DNA of 62,718 nucleotides, counting the filler, from an uncultured Thermoplasmatales archaeon (GTDB taxonomy: Archaea > Thermoplasmatota > E2 > DHVEG-1): assembly GCA_964517155.1 (NCBI GenBank). It is 8 parts of 8 records of this genome, joined end to end, with 100 filler letters (N's around TTAATTAATTAA, not from the genome) between each part and the next. Parts side by side here need not be neighbours in the genome. Positions count along the whole stretch, not along the records: positions 50,987 to 54,385 come from CAZFAZ010000070.1; positions 54,486 to 62,718 come from CAZFAZ010000073.1; 6 more parts are not named here. The stretch is one strand, 5' to 3'. A program made the translations under genes and the position numbers. A model generated the notes under the pieces. It worked only from the letters and a program-made list of their open reading frames with translations. It ran no database searches and was not told the origin of the DNA. Shown here piece by piece: positions 51,604 through 61,544 of this stretch (the stretch's first letter is position 1; each line of letters opens with the position of its first letter).

Positions 51604-51685
51604 GGTTATATATTATTTTCTATATTTTATATATTTTATTTGGAAATTTTTGAACAAAAATCAAGTTATATTCTTTAATATCAGA

Positions 51686-52201
51686 TTAATCTTTACAAAG
51701 ATAATAAATAAAATCAGATAAAGGCATTCCTTCATCCCATTTCATAATAAAGTTACCATTTTTACTACGTTTTATTTTTGGCAGTCTATTGTGAACAACA
51801 TTAAGTCTGCCTTCTAAACCTGATATGTTAAGTGTAAATATACGCCAGCTGTCTCCGCGTACACCTTTTGTTCTAAAAGCATAAATTGGAAGATTTTTTG
51901 TTTTTTCGCATATCTTTATCATATTTTCTGCTTGTTTCTGTGGTTTTCCACCCATGCTACTAAAATGAAGAGTATCCTCAACACTTGTTTTTACTTCTAT
52001 TAAAAAAGATACATCTCCTCTTGCTGCGACTAAATCAACACCAAGGGAGCCGGCCGCTCGTATTACTGCAAAAGGTTTATTTGAAATTTTTAAATAATTA
52101 TCTTTTTCAAGTGTCAAGCAAGTCTTTGTAACCTTGGAAATAATCTTAAAGTCTCCTTCAAGTATAGCTTTAAGCTCACGTTCATATTGACTTGCGGACA
52201 T
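51686..52201 (-). CDS. Hjc-like Holliday junction resolvase (PD-(D/E)xK)
   Basis: YEREL, R.AGS.GVDLVA, IEVK. Confidence 0.85.
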   Translation of the reverse strand: MSASQYERELKAILEGDFKIISKVTKTCLTLEKDNYLKISNKPFAVIRAAGSLGVDLVAARGDVSFLIEVKTSVEDTLHFSSMGGKPQKQAENMIKICEKTKNLPIYAFRTKGVRGDSWRIFTLNISGLEGRLNVVHNRLPKIKRSKNGNFIMKWDEGMPLSDFIYYLCKD

Positions 52202-52269
52202 ATGAAAACATAAAATACAGCAAAAGGTATTAATGTTTGGGCTCAAAAAATGGTCCAAAGGTGAAAAAG

Positions 52270-52824
52270 ATGAGCCGTGAGATAATAGTTAAAGAGGCAA
52301 TGAAGACAAATCTTGCAATAATTAACCCTGAGTTAACAGTACTTGATGCAGCAACGCTTATGAAAAAAAGAAAAATTGGAAATGTACTGGTTGTACAAGA
52401 TAAACTGCCGATTGGTATACTTACTGAAAGTGATATAATTAAAAAAGTAGTTGCTGAAGCAAAAAACCCAAAAGATATTCAAATAAAAGATGTTATGTCA
52501 ACTCCTGTAATAATTATAGATCCTTTTGTTAGTCTTGAAGAAGCGATGAAGACTATGGGTAAATGTAATGTTAGAAGGCTGCCTGTTGTCGAAAATGATG
52601 AGTTGATAGGCATTATTACTCAAAAAGATATTTCAAGGATTTCACCAATTCTACATGAAATATCTCGTGAATGGCATGATATAACTGTAAGAGATGAAAT
52701 ACATTATAAACAGCAAATATTTTCTGGTAAGTGTGAGGATTGTGGAATTCTTTCAACTAATCTTAAAAACATTGAAGGAAAATTGTTATGCGAAGGTTGT
52801 ATAGATTCTTTAAAATACGAGTAA
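52270..52824 (+). CDS. CBS-pair protein with C-terminal Zn-ribbon
   Basis: Two CBS repeats; G.CE.CG...LC..C. Confidence 0.9.
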   Translation: MSREIIVKEAMKTNLAIINPELTVLDAATLMKKRKIGNVLVVQDKLPIGILTESDIIKKVVAEAKNPKDIQIKDVMSTPVIIIDPFVSLEEAMKTMGKCNVRRLPVVENDELIGIITQKDISRISPILHEISREWHDITVRDEIHYKQQIFSGKCEDCGILSTNLKNIEGKLLCEGCIDSLKYE

Positions 52825-52846
52825 ATTAGACTGTTTTGTTTAGGAG

Positions 52847-53638
52847 ATGAAAAAAACTATGAAAGTAAAAGATGTAATGACAAAAGATATTATAGCAGTT
52901 GATAAAGACATAAATCTAAAACATGTGTTAGATTTAATGAAAAAACATGAGATAACAAAGCTGCCTGTTTTAGAAGATAAAAAATTAGTTGGTATCATAA
53001 CTGATAATATAATTGCATATAAGCTTGGCTCAATTCGTAAAAAAGGAGTCCCTGCATCCAGGCTTCATGCTTCAAGTGTGACTGATAAAAACATTGAATG
53101 TGTGCATCCTGAGACAGATATTGAAAAAATACTTGAAAAAGTAGGTGAGCCTGGCCATACAATGCTTTGTGTAACAGAAAATACAAACCTTTTAGGTGTG
53201 ATAACAAAAGCAGATTTATTGCCTTTAGTTAAAAGTAAAAAAAATGTTGGCGAAATTGCAAATAAAAATATACTTACTGTATCCTCTGATGATAGAGTTG
53301 TTCATGCAAGACGCATAATGGTTGATGAAAACATTGCAAGACTTCCGGTTCTCAAAGATGGAAAACTTGTTGGAATAATTAGCGATAATGAAATCGCTTT
53401 TGCTTTTGCAAGTATTAAACGTTCTTTTCCACTTGGGCGTCAAAAGCATCAACTTGAAGAGTTGCTTGTAGAAAATGTTATGAAAAAACCAGCGATATGG
53501 ACTCAGCCAGGTGTATCTGTTTCTGAAGCAGCAAGCATTATGATAAAAAATAACCTTGGTGCATTGCCTTTAGTTGAAAATGAAAAAATAGTAGGAATTG
53601 TAAGTAGAACAGATCTGCTTAAAACTATTTCTCTGTAA
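52847..53638 (+). CDS. Four-CBS-domain protein
   Basis: Repeated LPV....LVGII motifs. Confidence 0.92.
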   Translation: MKKTMKVKDVMTKDIIAVDKDINLKHVLDLMKKHEITKLPVLEDKKLVGIITDNIIAYKLGSIRKKGVPASRLHASSVTDKNIECVHPETDIEKILEKVGEPGHTMLCVTENTNLLGVITKADLLPLVKSKKNVGEIANKNILTVSSDDRVVHARRIMVDENIARLPVLKDGKLVGIISDNEIAFAFASIKRSFPLGRQKHQLEELLVENVMKKPAIWTQPGVSVSEAASIMIKNNLGALPLVENEKIVGIVSRTDLLKTISL

Positions 53639-53676
53639 AAGATATATAAATAGAAAAATTATATCTAATAATAGTT

Positions 53677-54075
53677 ATGAGTTATTATATACCTTCGGAT
53701 GAACAGATTAAAAAAGCTCTTAAAAAAATATTTTCAAAACGTAGAACTATAAGTTCTCAGATAAAACTTAAAAACCTTATTGAAAAAGAGCTTAAAACAA
53801 AAAATAAAGAATATGGTATTAGTAATACAAGGCTTAGAAATATTGCGATAAATACTGATTTTATAAAACTTGAAATTCACTCGCGGGAAGGAGATCCTAA
53901 AAAAATTATGAATAAATGCCCTGTTTGTAACAATGATCTTAAAAAAGTTAAGAATCAGACGATATGGGGTGGAAAAGTTACTCTTGAGTTTAAATGCAGT
54001 TTTTGTGGTTATTGGACTGGTAAAAAGAAAAGGATTCCCACTAGATATGTTTTTCAGTATAAAAAGAAGAAATAA
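53677..54075 (+). CDS. Basic protein with Zn-ribbon
   Basis: CPVC...C.FCGYWTG..R.P.RY.F. Confidence 0.8.
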   Translation: MSYYIPSDEQIKKALKKIFSKRRTISSQIKLKNLIEKELKTKNKEYGISNTRLRNIAINTDFIKLEIHSREGDPKKIMNKCPVCNNDLKKVKNQTIWGGKVTLEFKCSFCGYWTGKKKRIPTRYVFQYKKKK

Positions 54076-54079
54076 ATTT

Positions 54080-54385
54080 TTAGTTATACCCGCCTATTTT
54101 TAGACTTGGGTCACCAATCAAAAGCCATTGTTGTACATTTTTTACAATGATTGCATCACCATATGTAGAATTATCAGACCAATCTATTGAAAAGTTCTGC
54201 AGAAATCTATTTATTGTACCTGTCCAGCAATCTCCAAGTATCTGTGTATTGCTTTGTTTGTATTCTTCAAAAAAATGTATATCAAGCCATTCGCATCCTC
54301 CTCGTTTACTATCTATATCTGAGGATTCATAGCTATATGCTGTTGCAGCAATAGTTGCGATACTTCCACCAAAAGGATTTGCAAC
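54080..54385 (-). CDS. 3' end of C25 (gingipain-like) cysteine peptidase
   Basis: Not in ORF track; reads VANPFGGSIATIAAT...ILGDCW...WLLIGDPSLKIGGYN*. Confidence 0.85.
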   Translation of the reverse strand, partial: VANPFGGSIATIAATAYSYESSDIDSKRGGCEWLDIHFFEEYKQSNTQILGDCWTGTINRFLQNFSIDWSDNSTYGDAIIVKNVQQWLLIGDPSLKIGGYN

Positions 54386-54485
54386 NNNNNNNNNNNNNNN
54401 NNNNNNNNNNNNNNNNNNNNNNNNNNNNNTTAATTAATTAANNNNNNNNNNNNNNNNNNNNNNNNNNNNNNNNNNNNNNNNNNNN

Positions 54486-54821
54486 AGGGTTATTCCAAAT
54501 TTTATGATTCAGACAGGTTGTCCTCAGGGTACAGGTTATGGTGGACCGGGTTATACTATTCGTGATGAGTTTAATCCTAGTCTAAAACATGATTGTAAAG
54601 GAATTGTTTCTATGGCAAATTCAGGAAGACCAAATACTGGTGGCTCACAGTTTTTTATAACTGTTGCACCAACGCCTTGGCTTGATAAGCATCATACAAT
54701 ATTTGGAAAAGTAATACAAGGTATGGACGTTGTAGAAAAAATCTCAAAAGTTCAGAAAGATAGAAGCGACAGACCGTTAAAAGAAGTAAAAATAAACAAG
54801 GTTACAATAGTAGATAAATAA
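54486..54821 (+). CDS. Cyclophilin-type PPIase (5' truncated)
   Basis: [35 protein letters not shown]. Confidence 0.95.
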   Translation, partial: RVIPNFMIQTGCPQGTGYGGPGYTIRDEFNPSLKHDCKGIVSMANSGRPNTGGSQFFITVAPTPWLDKHHTIFGKVIQGMDVVEKISKVQKDRSDRPLKEVKINKVTIVDK

Positions 54822-54838
54822 AAAAGGGAAGGTTTTAG

Positions 54839-55315
54839 ATGAGCATTCTTTCAGATGTAGACATTAAAAAATATATGCAGGATAATGAACTAGGAATTGA
54901 GCCATTTGTAGAAAAAAATCTTACGCCTAACGGTTATGATTTATCTATTGATGAAGTTTTTATCAAAAAGACAGATGAACATATAAAAAAAGGTATGGCA
55001 AAAATTCCTGCTCAGACTTGGTTTGCAGTTAGTACTCGTGAATTTGTAAAGATGGGACATAAAATAACTAGTCAACTTTGGATACGCTCAAGTTACGCAA
55101 GAAAAGGTGTTATGGCTAGTTTTGGTAAAGTTGATGCAGGTTTTCATGGGACGCTTACGATTAGTTGTTTTAACAGTAATGATGAACCTTTAGAGATTCC
55201 AATTGGTGACAGGTTTTGTCAGATTGTTTTTGAAAATATGCAGTCTGCACCGTCTGAGCTTTATGATAAAAAAAGTGGTAATTATCAGAATCAACGTGGT
55301 ATTAAATTAAAGTAA
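54839..55315 (+). CDS. dcd: dCTP deaminase / dUTPase-family enzyme
   Basis: ILSD, RSS.AR.G, VDAGF.G.LT, G.R.CQ, Y..QRG. Confidence 0.85.
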   Translation: MSILSDVDIKKYMQDNELGIEPFVEKNLTPNGYDLSIDEVFIKKTDEHIKKGMAKIPAQTWFAVSTREFVKMGHKITSQLWIRSSYARKGVMASFGKVDAGFHGTLTISCFNSNDEPLEIPIGDRFCQIVFENMQSAPSELYDKKSGNYQNQRGIKLK

Positions 55316-56071
55316 AATCTTTCTTGCAAAACTAAGATAACCAGTATGCCCGAGCATATCAAAACTAGGCCTTGTGCCGCGTTCACCAATAATCATTTCT
55401 CTTTGTATATTTTCAAATGTTTTAATCTCTATAAAATTGTGTTTTCTCATTTCATTTACAGTTTGTTCTAACTGTGAAACCAATGGCGAATAACAGCAGA
55501 TGTATCCGCCTACTTTTAAAGATTTATAGGCATGTGCTACTGCATCCCAGGGATTTGGAATATCAAGTATTATTGCATCCAGGTTTTTTTCAGATATTCC
55601 TTTTGTCACATCTTTTTCTTTTATTGTTACATATTTTTCTAGGTTTGATGTTTTTAAGTTTTTCATTGAATGTTCTATAAAGTCTTCACGTGTATCATAA
55701 GATGTTACTTTTCCAGTTGGAGCAACAATACTTGCAAGAGCTGTTGTAAGTGATCCTGAGCCTACTCCGGCTTCTAAAACGTTGTGACCTGGTTGTATCG
55801 AACAATAAAGAAGTATATGTGCGATATCTTTTGGAAGTATGATTTGTGCTCTGCGTTTTAGACCAATGAGTTTATCCATGACACTTGGCATTAAAACCCA
55901 GAATTTCTTACTGCCGATTTCTATTTGTTTGCCAAATTCAAAACCAACTAGTATCTTTGGATCAAAGACACCGATTCCACGTATTTTATCAGTTTTTGCA
56001 GTTGTATCTATAAAGTATCTTTTGTATGTTTCATCAATTAATACAACTGTTTCTTTTTTTCCAACTTTCAT
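55307..56071 (-). CDS. trmI: tRNA (adenine-57/58 N1)-methyltransferase
   Basis: R.AQII.PKD, EAG.GSG.LT, LD.P.PW, RP...M.GHTGY. Confidence 0.93.
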   Translation of the reverse strand: MKVGKKETVVLIDETYKRYFIDTTAKTDKIRGIGVFDPKILVGFEFGKQIEIGSKKFWVLMPSVMDKLIGLKRRAQIILPKDIAHILLYCSIQPGHNVLEAGVGSGSLTTALASIVAPTGKVTSYDTREDFIEHSMKNLKTSNLEKYVTIKEKDVTKGISEKNLDAIILDIPNPWDAVAHAYKSLKVGGYICCYSPLVSQLEQTVNEMRKHNFIEIKTFENIQREMIIGERGTRPSFDMLGHTGYLSFARKILL

Positions 56072-56077
56072 AAAAAT

Positions 56078-57118
56078 CTATCCATACATAGTTACAAGGC
56101 TTCCAAAACCCGCCTCTTCAAGATCTAATTGATCAAGCCATTTATCATTACATTCACATTTTAGATCTTTAAATATGTTTATATCTTGTTTTAGTGAAAA
56201 ATCTGATATTGCTGTAAGATATGTTCTGTCGCATTCACCGCAGTTATGTGCACCGCGAATGCTGCCACCTGCTACTATATCGCATTTAATTCTTTTATCA
56301 CCAAGTATTTTTTTACCTTGTATAAGTATTTGTATAACACTGAACAGCCAGGGTGACCTGTATTGTTTGCGCTGCCATAAATAGCTTACAACTGTATTTT
56401 TTTGAATATTTACAGGGTTTAGTGATACAATATCTGTTATATCTTTGATTTTTTCAATTGTATTTATTGCATCATTTATTGCTTGTTTTTCTGATAGAAA
56501 AGGTGGTTTTATAAGTACATATGTTTTTATTTTTACGTTATGTTTTTTCATAATAGTTGCTGCTTTTTTGTAATCATTAAAAGTAAATCCTTTGTTGACC
56601 TTGTTTTGTCTGATATCGTCATCTGATGTTTCAAGACCTACCCCTATCTCAAAAATTTTTAAGCCTTGTATTTTTTTAATTTGTTTTAGTTTTTCATCTG
56701 TTATATACTCGGGTCTTGATTCAACTGATACTTTTTCTGCTGTTGTATATAATTTTTTCAGTATTTTTTCTCTAACCAAAGGATTAATTTCTTCATCATC
56801 CAAAAAACTTCCAGATGTAAAGATTTTTACAAATTTTTCATCTTTGTATTTTCTTAATGAATATTCAAATTGTTGTAAAAGCTCTTCATCTGATACATTT
56901 GAAAAAATGCTATCATTAAAGTAACCGCACATGCTGCAGCCTGATTTAAGTGCCCAACTGCATCCTTTAGTTTTTAGTATTATTACAAAAGTATCAACTA
57001 TTTCTTTGTTTAGCAAGTCTTTTTCAGACCAGCAGCTAACTGGAGTAGTTGTATCGGTTTTTCGCGGTTTAAAGTTTTTTTTTTGTTCCTTGATAAAGTT
57101 TTCTAGTTCTTTGTTCAT
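56078..57118 (-). CDS. Archaeosine-biosynthesis radical SAM protein RaSEA-like
   Basis: T.GC.W....GC.MCGY, KIFTSGSF.D, ESRPE, KPPF.SE, RG.HNC..C. Confidence 0.88.
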   Translation of the reverse strand: MNKELENFIKEQKKNFKPRKTDTTTPVSCWSEKDLLNKEIVDTFVIILKTKGCSWALKSGCSMCGYFNDSIFSNVSDEELLQQFEYSLRKYKDEKFVKIFTSGSFLDDEEINPLVREKILKKLYTTAEKVSVESRPEYITDEKLKQIKKIQGLKIFEIGVGLETSDDDIRQNKVNKGFTFNDYKKAATIMKKHNVKIKTYVLIKPPFLSEKQAINDAINTIEKIKDITDIVSLNPVNIQKNTVVSYLWQRKQYRSPWLFSVIQILIQGKKILGDKRIKCDIVAGGSIRGAHNCGECDRTYLTAISDFSLKQDINIFKDLKCECNDKWLDQLDLEEAGFGSLVTMYG

Positions 57119-58287
57119 TTCTGTTTCTTTTCATCCTTATTTTTCTTTTTAAAAATTAGAATTACCACAGCAATTGCCGCAATTAGTATTATTGCTTCAA
57201 AGCCTGGTATTTCAATAACTTCTACAGATGGAAGTTCAGCTTTAGGTGAATCTTCCAGACCTATGTTTTCTACACCAGTCTGAAAATAATAAATTTGTGA
57301 ATCAACAATTGTATTGTTGTATCCTGTTAAATTAAAAACTGCAGTTTGTGTAGGAGGTCTTACAAACTTGAAATAATGCACGTCTTCTGCATAGACTTTA
57401 ATTGTTACATTTTCATTTGCAGGCCAACCTTTGAATTTTGGATAGGTTGTAAAATAATCATCTTTTTTAGTAACATTTATTCTTGGGCCATCATTGACAG
57501 TATAATAAACAACATCTACATCTGCGTTTACTTGAAAATTAATTGGAGTTGCAGAATATACTATAGGCCCTGGTGATATGTAAGCATTATCGTGAGATAC
57601 TAATTTTATAGTGCTGTTACTATACTTAAAAGATCCAGATGTACTATTTTCAATACCGCTTACGTCTGTTACTCTTAATTCAAAATCATAGGTGATATCC
57701 CCTGAAGTATTTGCAGGGCTTGGGAATTCGTAGCTAAAAATATTATCTGTAAAATCAAAATTGCTATTAGCTATTGTTTGATTGCTTATAGTAAAAAGGA
57801 TACCTGATTTTTCTACGCCAGCGTTATCTGTTATTTTTGCAACTATTTTAACAGGACTGCCAAACTCCTGCATGTCTGGTAGTACCACGAAATCAACCAT
57901 TGGTGCTTCATCATCATAAAATGGTGGATTAACTAAAACTATAAATATTAAAAGCCATGTGAAGAAATATGTACCATATATCATGAACCAGTTTTTCTTT
58001 GTGAAATCAGAAGTATCGACATTAAATTTTAAATAAAAAAATCTTATAAATGTTGCATTTGCAATACCTACAAGTAAAACTAAAATCCAACGAAGACCAC
58101 CTGATCCGCTTCCCATTAAACCCCAAAATCCAAAACATACAAAAGCCATTAAACTAGCAAATAGAAATGCTATGAATGTAGATTTTATATTTCTACGCTC
58201 ACGTTTTAGGTATGCTTGTTCATCAAATTTTGGTACTTTAAAGGGTTTATCCTCTTCTTCCTCGTTTTCTTTTCTTCTTTTAGACAT
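57115..58287 (-). CDS. Membrane protein: 3 N-terminal TMs, extracellular domain, PGF-CTERM tail
   Basis: NPPF.D after TM3; C-terminal IPGFE + TM + KKKNK. Confidence 0.8.
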   Translation of the reverse strand: MSKRRKENEEEEDKPFKVPKFDEQAYLKRERRNIKSTFIAFLFASLMAFVCFGFWGLMGSGSGGLRWILVLLVGIANATFIRFFYLKFNVDTSDFTKKNWFMIYGTYFFTWLLIFIVLVNPPFYDDEAPMVDFVVLPDMQEFGSPVKIVAKITDNAGVEKSGILFTISNQTIANSNFDFTDNIFSYEFPSPANTSGDITYDFELRVTDVSGIENSTSGSFKYSNSTIKLVSHDNAYISPGPIVYSATPINFQVNADVDVVYYTVNDGPRINVTKKDDYFTTYPKFKGWPANENVTIKVYAEDVHYFKFVRPPTQTAVFNLTGYNNTIVDSQIYYFQTGVENIGLEDSPKAELPSVEVIEIPGFEAIILIAAIAVVILIFKKKNKDEKKQK

Positions 58288-58374
58288 CGACGTGGGAACA
58301 GAATTCTTATTTAAAGGCTTTTCCCAAAAATAATGTATTTTTTCTTTTTGTAGTTTCTCTAAAAAATTTATGCT

Positions 58375-59871
58375 TTATAAAAAATCAATTCCTTCTGGTA
58401 ATTTATCTAAATATTTTCTAAATTTCTCAGGCCAGTTTTTTGGATTTAATCCTTTTTGAGCAAGAAAAGCAGTAGTCCAACGCTCAAGTCCAATTCCTGA
58501 GCATCCGCTCCATAATTCACTTTTTTGTGATTTTATATTAAATGCTTTTACGTATTTGTCACCAAGAATAGAAAGATTCTGAAATTCAAGCCATTCTGAT
58601 TTTTTTCTATCACCGCGATACGGCATATATGCTTCAAAATCAATTGTTCCTGTATCCTGTGTGCCTTCATCACCAATTTTACCGGCTTGCTGCATATACC
58701 AAGGTGTTACCCATGCCATACGCCATTCAAGGTCAAATATATCATCAAAAACATGTTTATAACGTGAAAGTAAATCCTCACGTAGTTTCAAAAGCTGCTC
58801 ACGAGTACCAATATAAACAGGTTCAATTCTATGAAACTCATCAACTCGCTCTATTCCATGTCGACCGCCTGATTCATAACGATTTGATACAGCAGTGTTG
58901 TCATAAATAAGCACTGGCAGGCTTTTTTCAGATATTGTTTTGCCTTTAAAACTCCAATAGATAACAGGGCATTGTGCATAACATATACCTGCTTTTGGAG
59001 GACTAAGATTTTTCATAAGTTCATCTGTATGAACTTCTTTTGTAATTTTTGTTAAATCTACAAAACGCTCCCAGACCTGTGCATCACGACTTGCAGGTTC
59101 ACATACGTAGTAAAATTCACCAGGCATACCTTCCATATGCCCTGTTTTAAGCCATACGTCAAAAGGAACAATATGTGATTCAATTACTTCTTCAAAACCA
59201 AGTGGTTTTAATACTTCTTCAATTGCTATTTTCTCCATTGTTTTAAGAATTGCGGCTGCTTGCGCTCTATAAAACCATTTACCTTTAGTAGGCCCCTGCT
59301 CAAGCCATTTATTTTTTACCATTTCTTCAGTTGGATCTTTTGTCCATACTGGTTTTTTTTCACCTGATTCCCATATAGATTTCCAAAATTCTCCTTTTCC
59401 CTCATAATATTGGTTTTGTACTTTTTCATGTACACGGTTTATCATTCTATCTATGTAGTTTCTCTGCAAGAATTCTTCATCTACTTCTTTTAATATAAGA
59501 GTAGCAGTTTTATCTTTGAATTTTACATCAGCAAAAGGAATTGTAATATCTTTTAACGGTTTTTTTTCCAGTTCAAAGCTGATGTTATAACTGATTATTT
59601 TTATTTCACGAATGCCTACATGATGTTTTTTTCCAAATTCTTTTGAAATTTCATTTTTAAGCTGCAGTAAAGCATTATGCGGCCTGAAGACTCCCTCAGA
59701 AACTATTTCAAAAGAAAGAACGTTTTTATCAATTTTTACATCTTTGATTTTTACTGTTTTATCTTTCTGTTTTATCTTGGTATCAAAAATCTTTATTGCT
59801 TCTTGTATCTCTTTGTTTATCGATGAAATATCGTTGCTAAATGTAAAACTCGATTTTAGGTCAAATATCAT
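58375..59871 (-). CDS. serS: Seryl-tRNA synthetase, methanogen-type (Zn-dependent)
   Basis: YAQC, RYESGG.HG.ERVDEFHRIE, WSGCSG.G.ERW. Confidence 0.93.
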   Translation of the reverse strand: MIFDLKSSFTFSNDISSINKEIQEAIKIFDTKIKQKDKTVKIKDVKIDKNVLSFEIVSEGVFRPHNALLQLKNEISKEFGKKHHVGIREIKIISYNISFELEKKPLKDITIPFADVKFKDKTATLILKEVDEEFLQRNYIDRMINRVHEKVQNQYYEGKGEFWKSIWESGEKKPVWTKDPTEEMVKNKWLEQGPTKGKWFYRAQAAAILKTMEKIAIEEVLKPLGFEEVIESHIVPFDVWLKTGHMEGMPGEFYYVCEPASRDAQVWERFVDLTKITKEVHTDELMKNLSPPKAGICYAQCPVIYWSFKGKTISEKSLPVLIYDNTAVSNRYESGGRHGIERVDEFHRIEPVYIGTREQLLKLREDLLSRYKHVFDDIFDLEWRMAWVTPWYMQQAGKIGDEGTQDTGTIDFEAYMPYRGDRKKSEWLEFQNLSILGDKYVKAFNIKSQKSELWSGCSGIGLERWTTAFLAQKGLNPKNWPEKFRKYLDKLPEGIDFL

Positions 59872-59897
59872 AAAAACCAGGATAACATAAAGACTAA

Positions 59898-60122
59898 TTA
59901 ATCTTTATCCATAACCTTGCTTGCAACACTGACACAAGCTAGATAATCATCAAGTGTATGAAGCAGACTGGAAATAGAGTTACTTGTAATTGTTGCTTGT
60001 AAGTTTTTACCAGAAATTTTACTTTTTACAAAGTCAAAATCATCAACGCTTATTGAACGTAAAACTGTTTTAACTAAATCTTCGTTTTCAAATTCTATTT
60101 TTATTTTACAAGATGCTTTCAT
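59898..60122 (-). CDS. pcc1: KEOPS subunit Pcc1
   Basis: Size, S....L..T.DD.L motif, position after RecJ. Confidence 0.85.
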   Translation of the reverse strand: MKASCKIKIEFENEDLVKTVLRSISVDDFDFVKSKISGKNLQATITSNSISSLLHTLDDYLACVSVASKVMDKD

Positions 60123-60128
60123 ATATTT

Positions 60129-61472
60129 TCAACTCTTTATTTGTTTGCTAATTATTTCATCAACAATGTTTAGGAATTCTTCTTCTTTTTCATCAGCAAT
60201 TGTCGCCCCACTTGCTATTGCATGGCCTCCGCCATGGCCTCCAAGTTTGTTTGCTGCTTCTTTCATTGCATATCCAAGGTCTAATCCTTTTTTTACAAGA
60301 TATTGATTGCCTCTGCAGGATACATGGATTTCACCGTCTTTTTTTGCAATTGAAAGCAGTGGTTTTTTGATATCAAGTATGAAATTAGTTGCAATTCCAC
60401 CTATTACTCCACCTAGTGATGAATCATTACTGTAAAAAAATCTATAGCTTTGTTTTTCTTTGAATCCTTCTTGTTCAAGTTTGATTATTTCATCTAGTAT
60501 TTTTTGTTTGTATTCTTTTTCAAGATTTATTGCATCTGAAATAGCTTTTTTATCACCAAGTGCAACAGAAAGGGCAATTCCTCTGCTGCCACCTTTTCCA
60601 CATGCATCAAGTAAATCTGCAAATCTTTCAAATTCAAAAGCAATGTTTTCTGAATAATATCTTTTTCTTATAACTGTATCAAGAATATTTTGTTCACAGC
60701 CTTTCTTGATTAACTTTAGCATTAAATATGAATGTATTTTTTTAAGTTCTTCATTTGTTAAATCCTCTGTTTTTGTGCTTTTTTCAATATTTATTTTTTC
60801 TAAAAAATTAGATATATTTTCACTATTTGAAGAGATGCCTGAATAATAAGGGTCAATTGAATAAAAAAGTGAATCAAAAACTGTTTCACCTGCAAGTTTT
60901 ATCCCTGTTTTTTCTTTTATTACTCCTTGTTTTAATGCTTCATTTATAATCTTTTGATTGTATCCTCTAAAACCACCTATGTATTGTTTATCTCCTGTTG
61001 CACCAACAATTGCAAGTGCTGCTAAATCAACGTTTCTTGGATCAAGTGCATATGCAACACTGAAAGCAAGTGTCGCACCGCATGCCTCGTAGTTTCCATT
61101 AATCCCAAAATGATTACAGTTAATCTGTAATACATTATCGCTTGTTTTGTTTTTAATTGGTTGGTGATGATCAATTATAATGCTTTGGGATTTTAATTTT
61201 TCAATTGCGTCTATCTGTCCGCTACCCATATCTGTAAAAATTATAAGTTTATTTTTTTCTTCTGAAATGCGTTTAAGTCCTTTGTCAAAAGGGTTGCACA
61301 TAAGTGTTGCATGAAAATTAAAACCTGCACGATAAAGTGCTTTGCATATAATTGCAGCAGCTGTTATACCATCTGCATCATAATGAGATACTACTCTGAT
61401 CTTTGTAGATTCTGACATAGAATATATCTGTTTTGCTGCATTTTCACTGATTTCTGATATATTTTTTGTCAT
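60129..61472 (-). CDS. DHH/RecJ-family phosphoesterase
   Basis: H.DADG, DMGSG, DHH, GGGH..A.G. Confidence 0.92.
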   Translation of the reverse strand: MTKNISEISENAAKQIYSMSESTKIRVVSHYDADGITAAAIICKALYRAGFNFHATLMCNPFDKGLKRISEEKNKLIIFTDMGSGQIDAIEKLKSQSIIIDHHQPIKNKTSDNVLQINCNHFGINGNYEACGATLAFSVAYALDPRNVDLAALAIVGATGDKQYIGGFRGYNQKIINEALKQGVIKEKTGIKLAGETVFDSLFYSIDPYYSGISSNSENISNFLEKINIEKSTKTEDLTNEELKKIHSYLMLKLIKKGCEQNILDTVIRKRYYSENIAFEFERFADLLDACGKGGSRGIALSVALGDKKAISDAINLEKEYKQKILDEIIKLEQEGFKEKQSYRFFYSNDSSLGGVIGGIATNFILDIKKPLLSIAKKDGEIHVSCRGNQYLVKKGLDLGYAMKEAANKLGGHGGGHAIASGATIADEKEEEFLNIVDEIISKQIKS

Positions 61473-61544
61473 CGGTTAAAGTCGTAATGCAGGACGTTTT
61501 ATAAATAAATACATGTTATCAAAATATCTGTGGTGTAAAAATAT

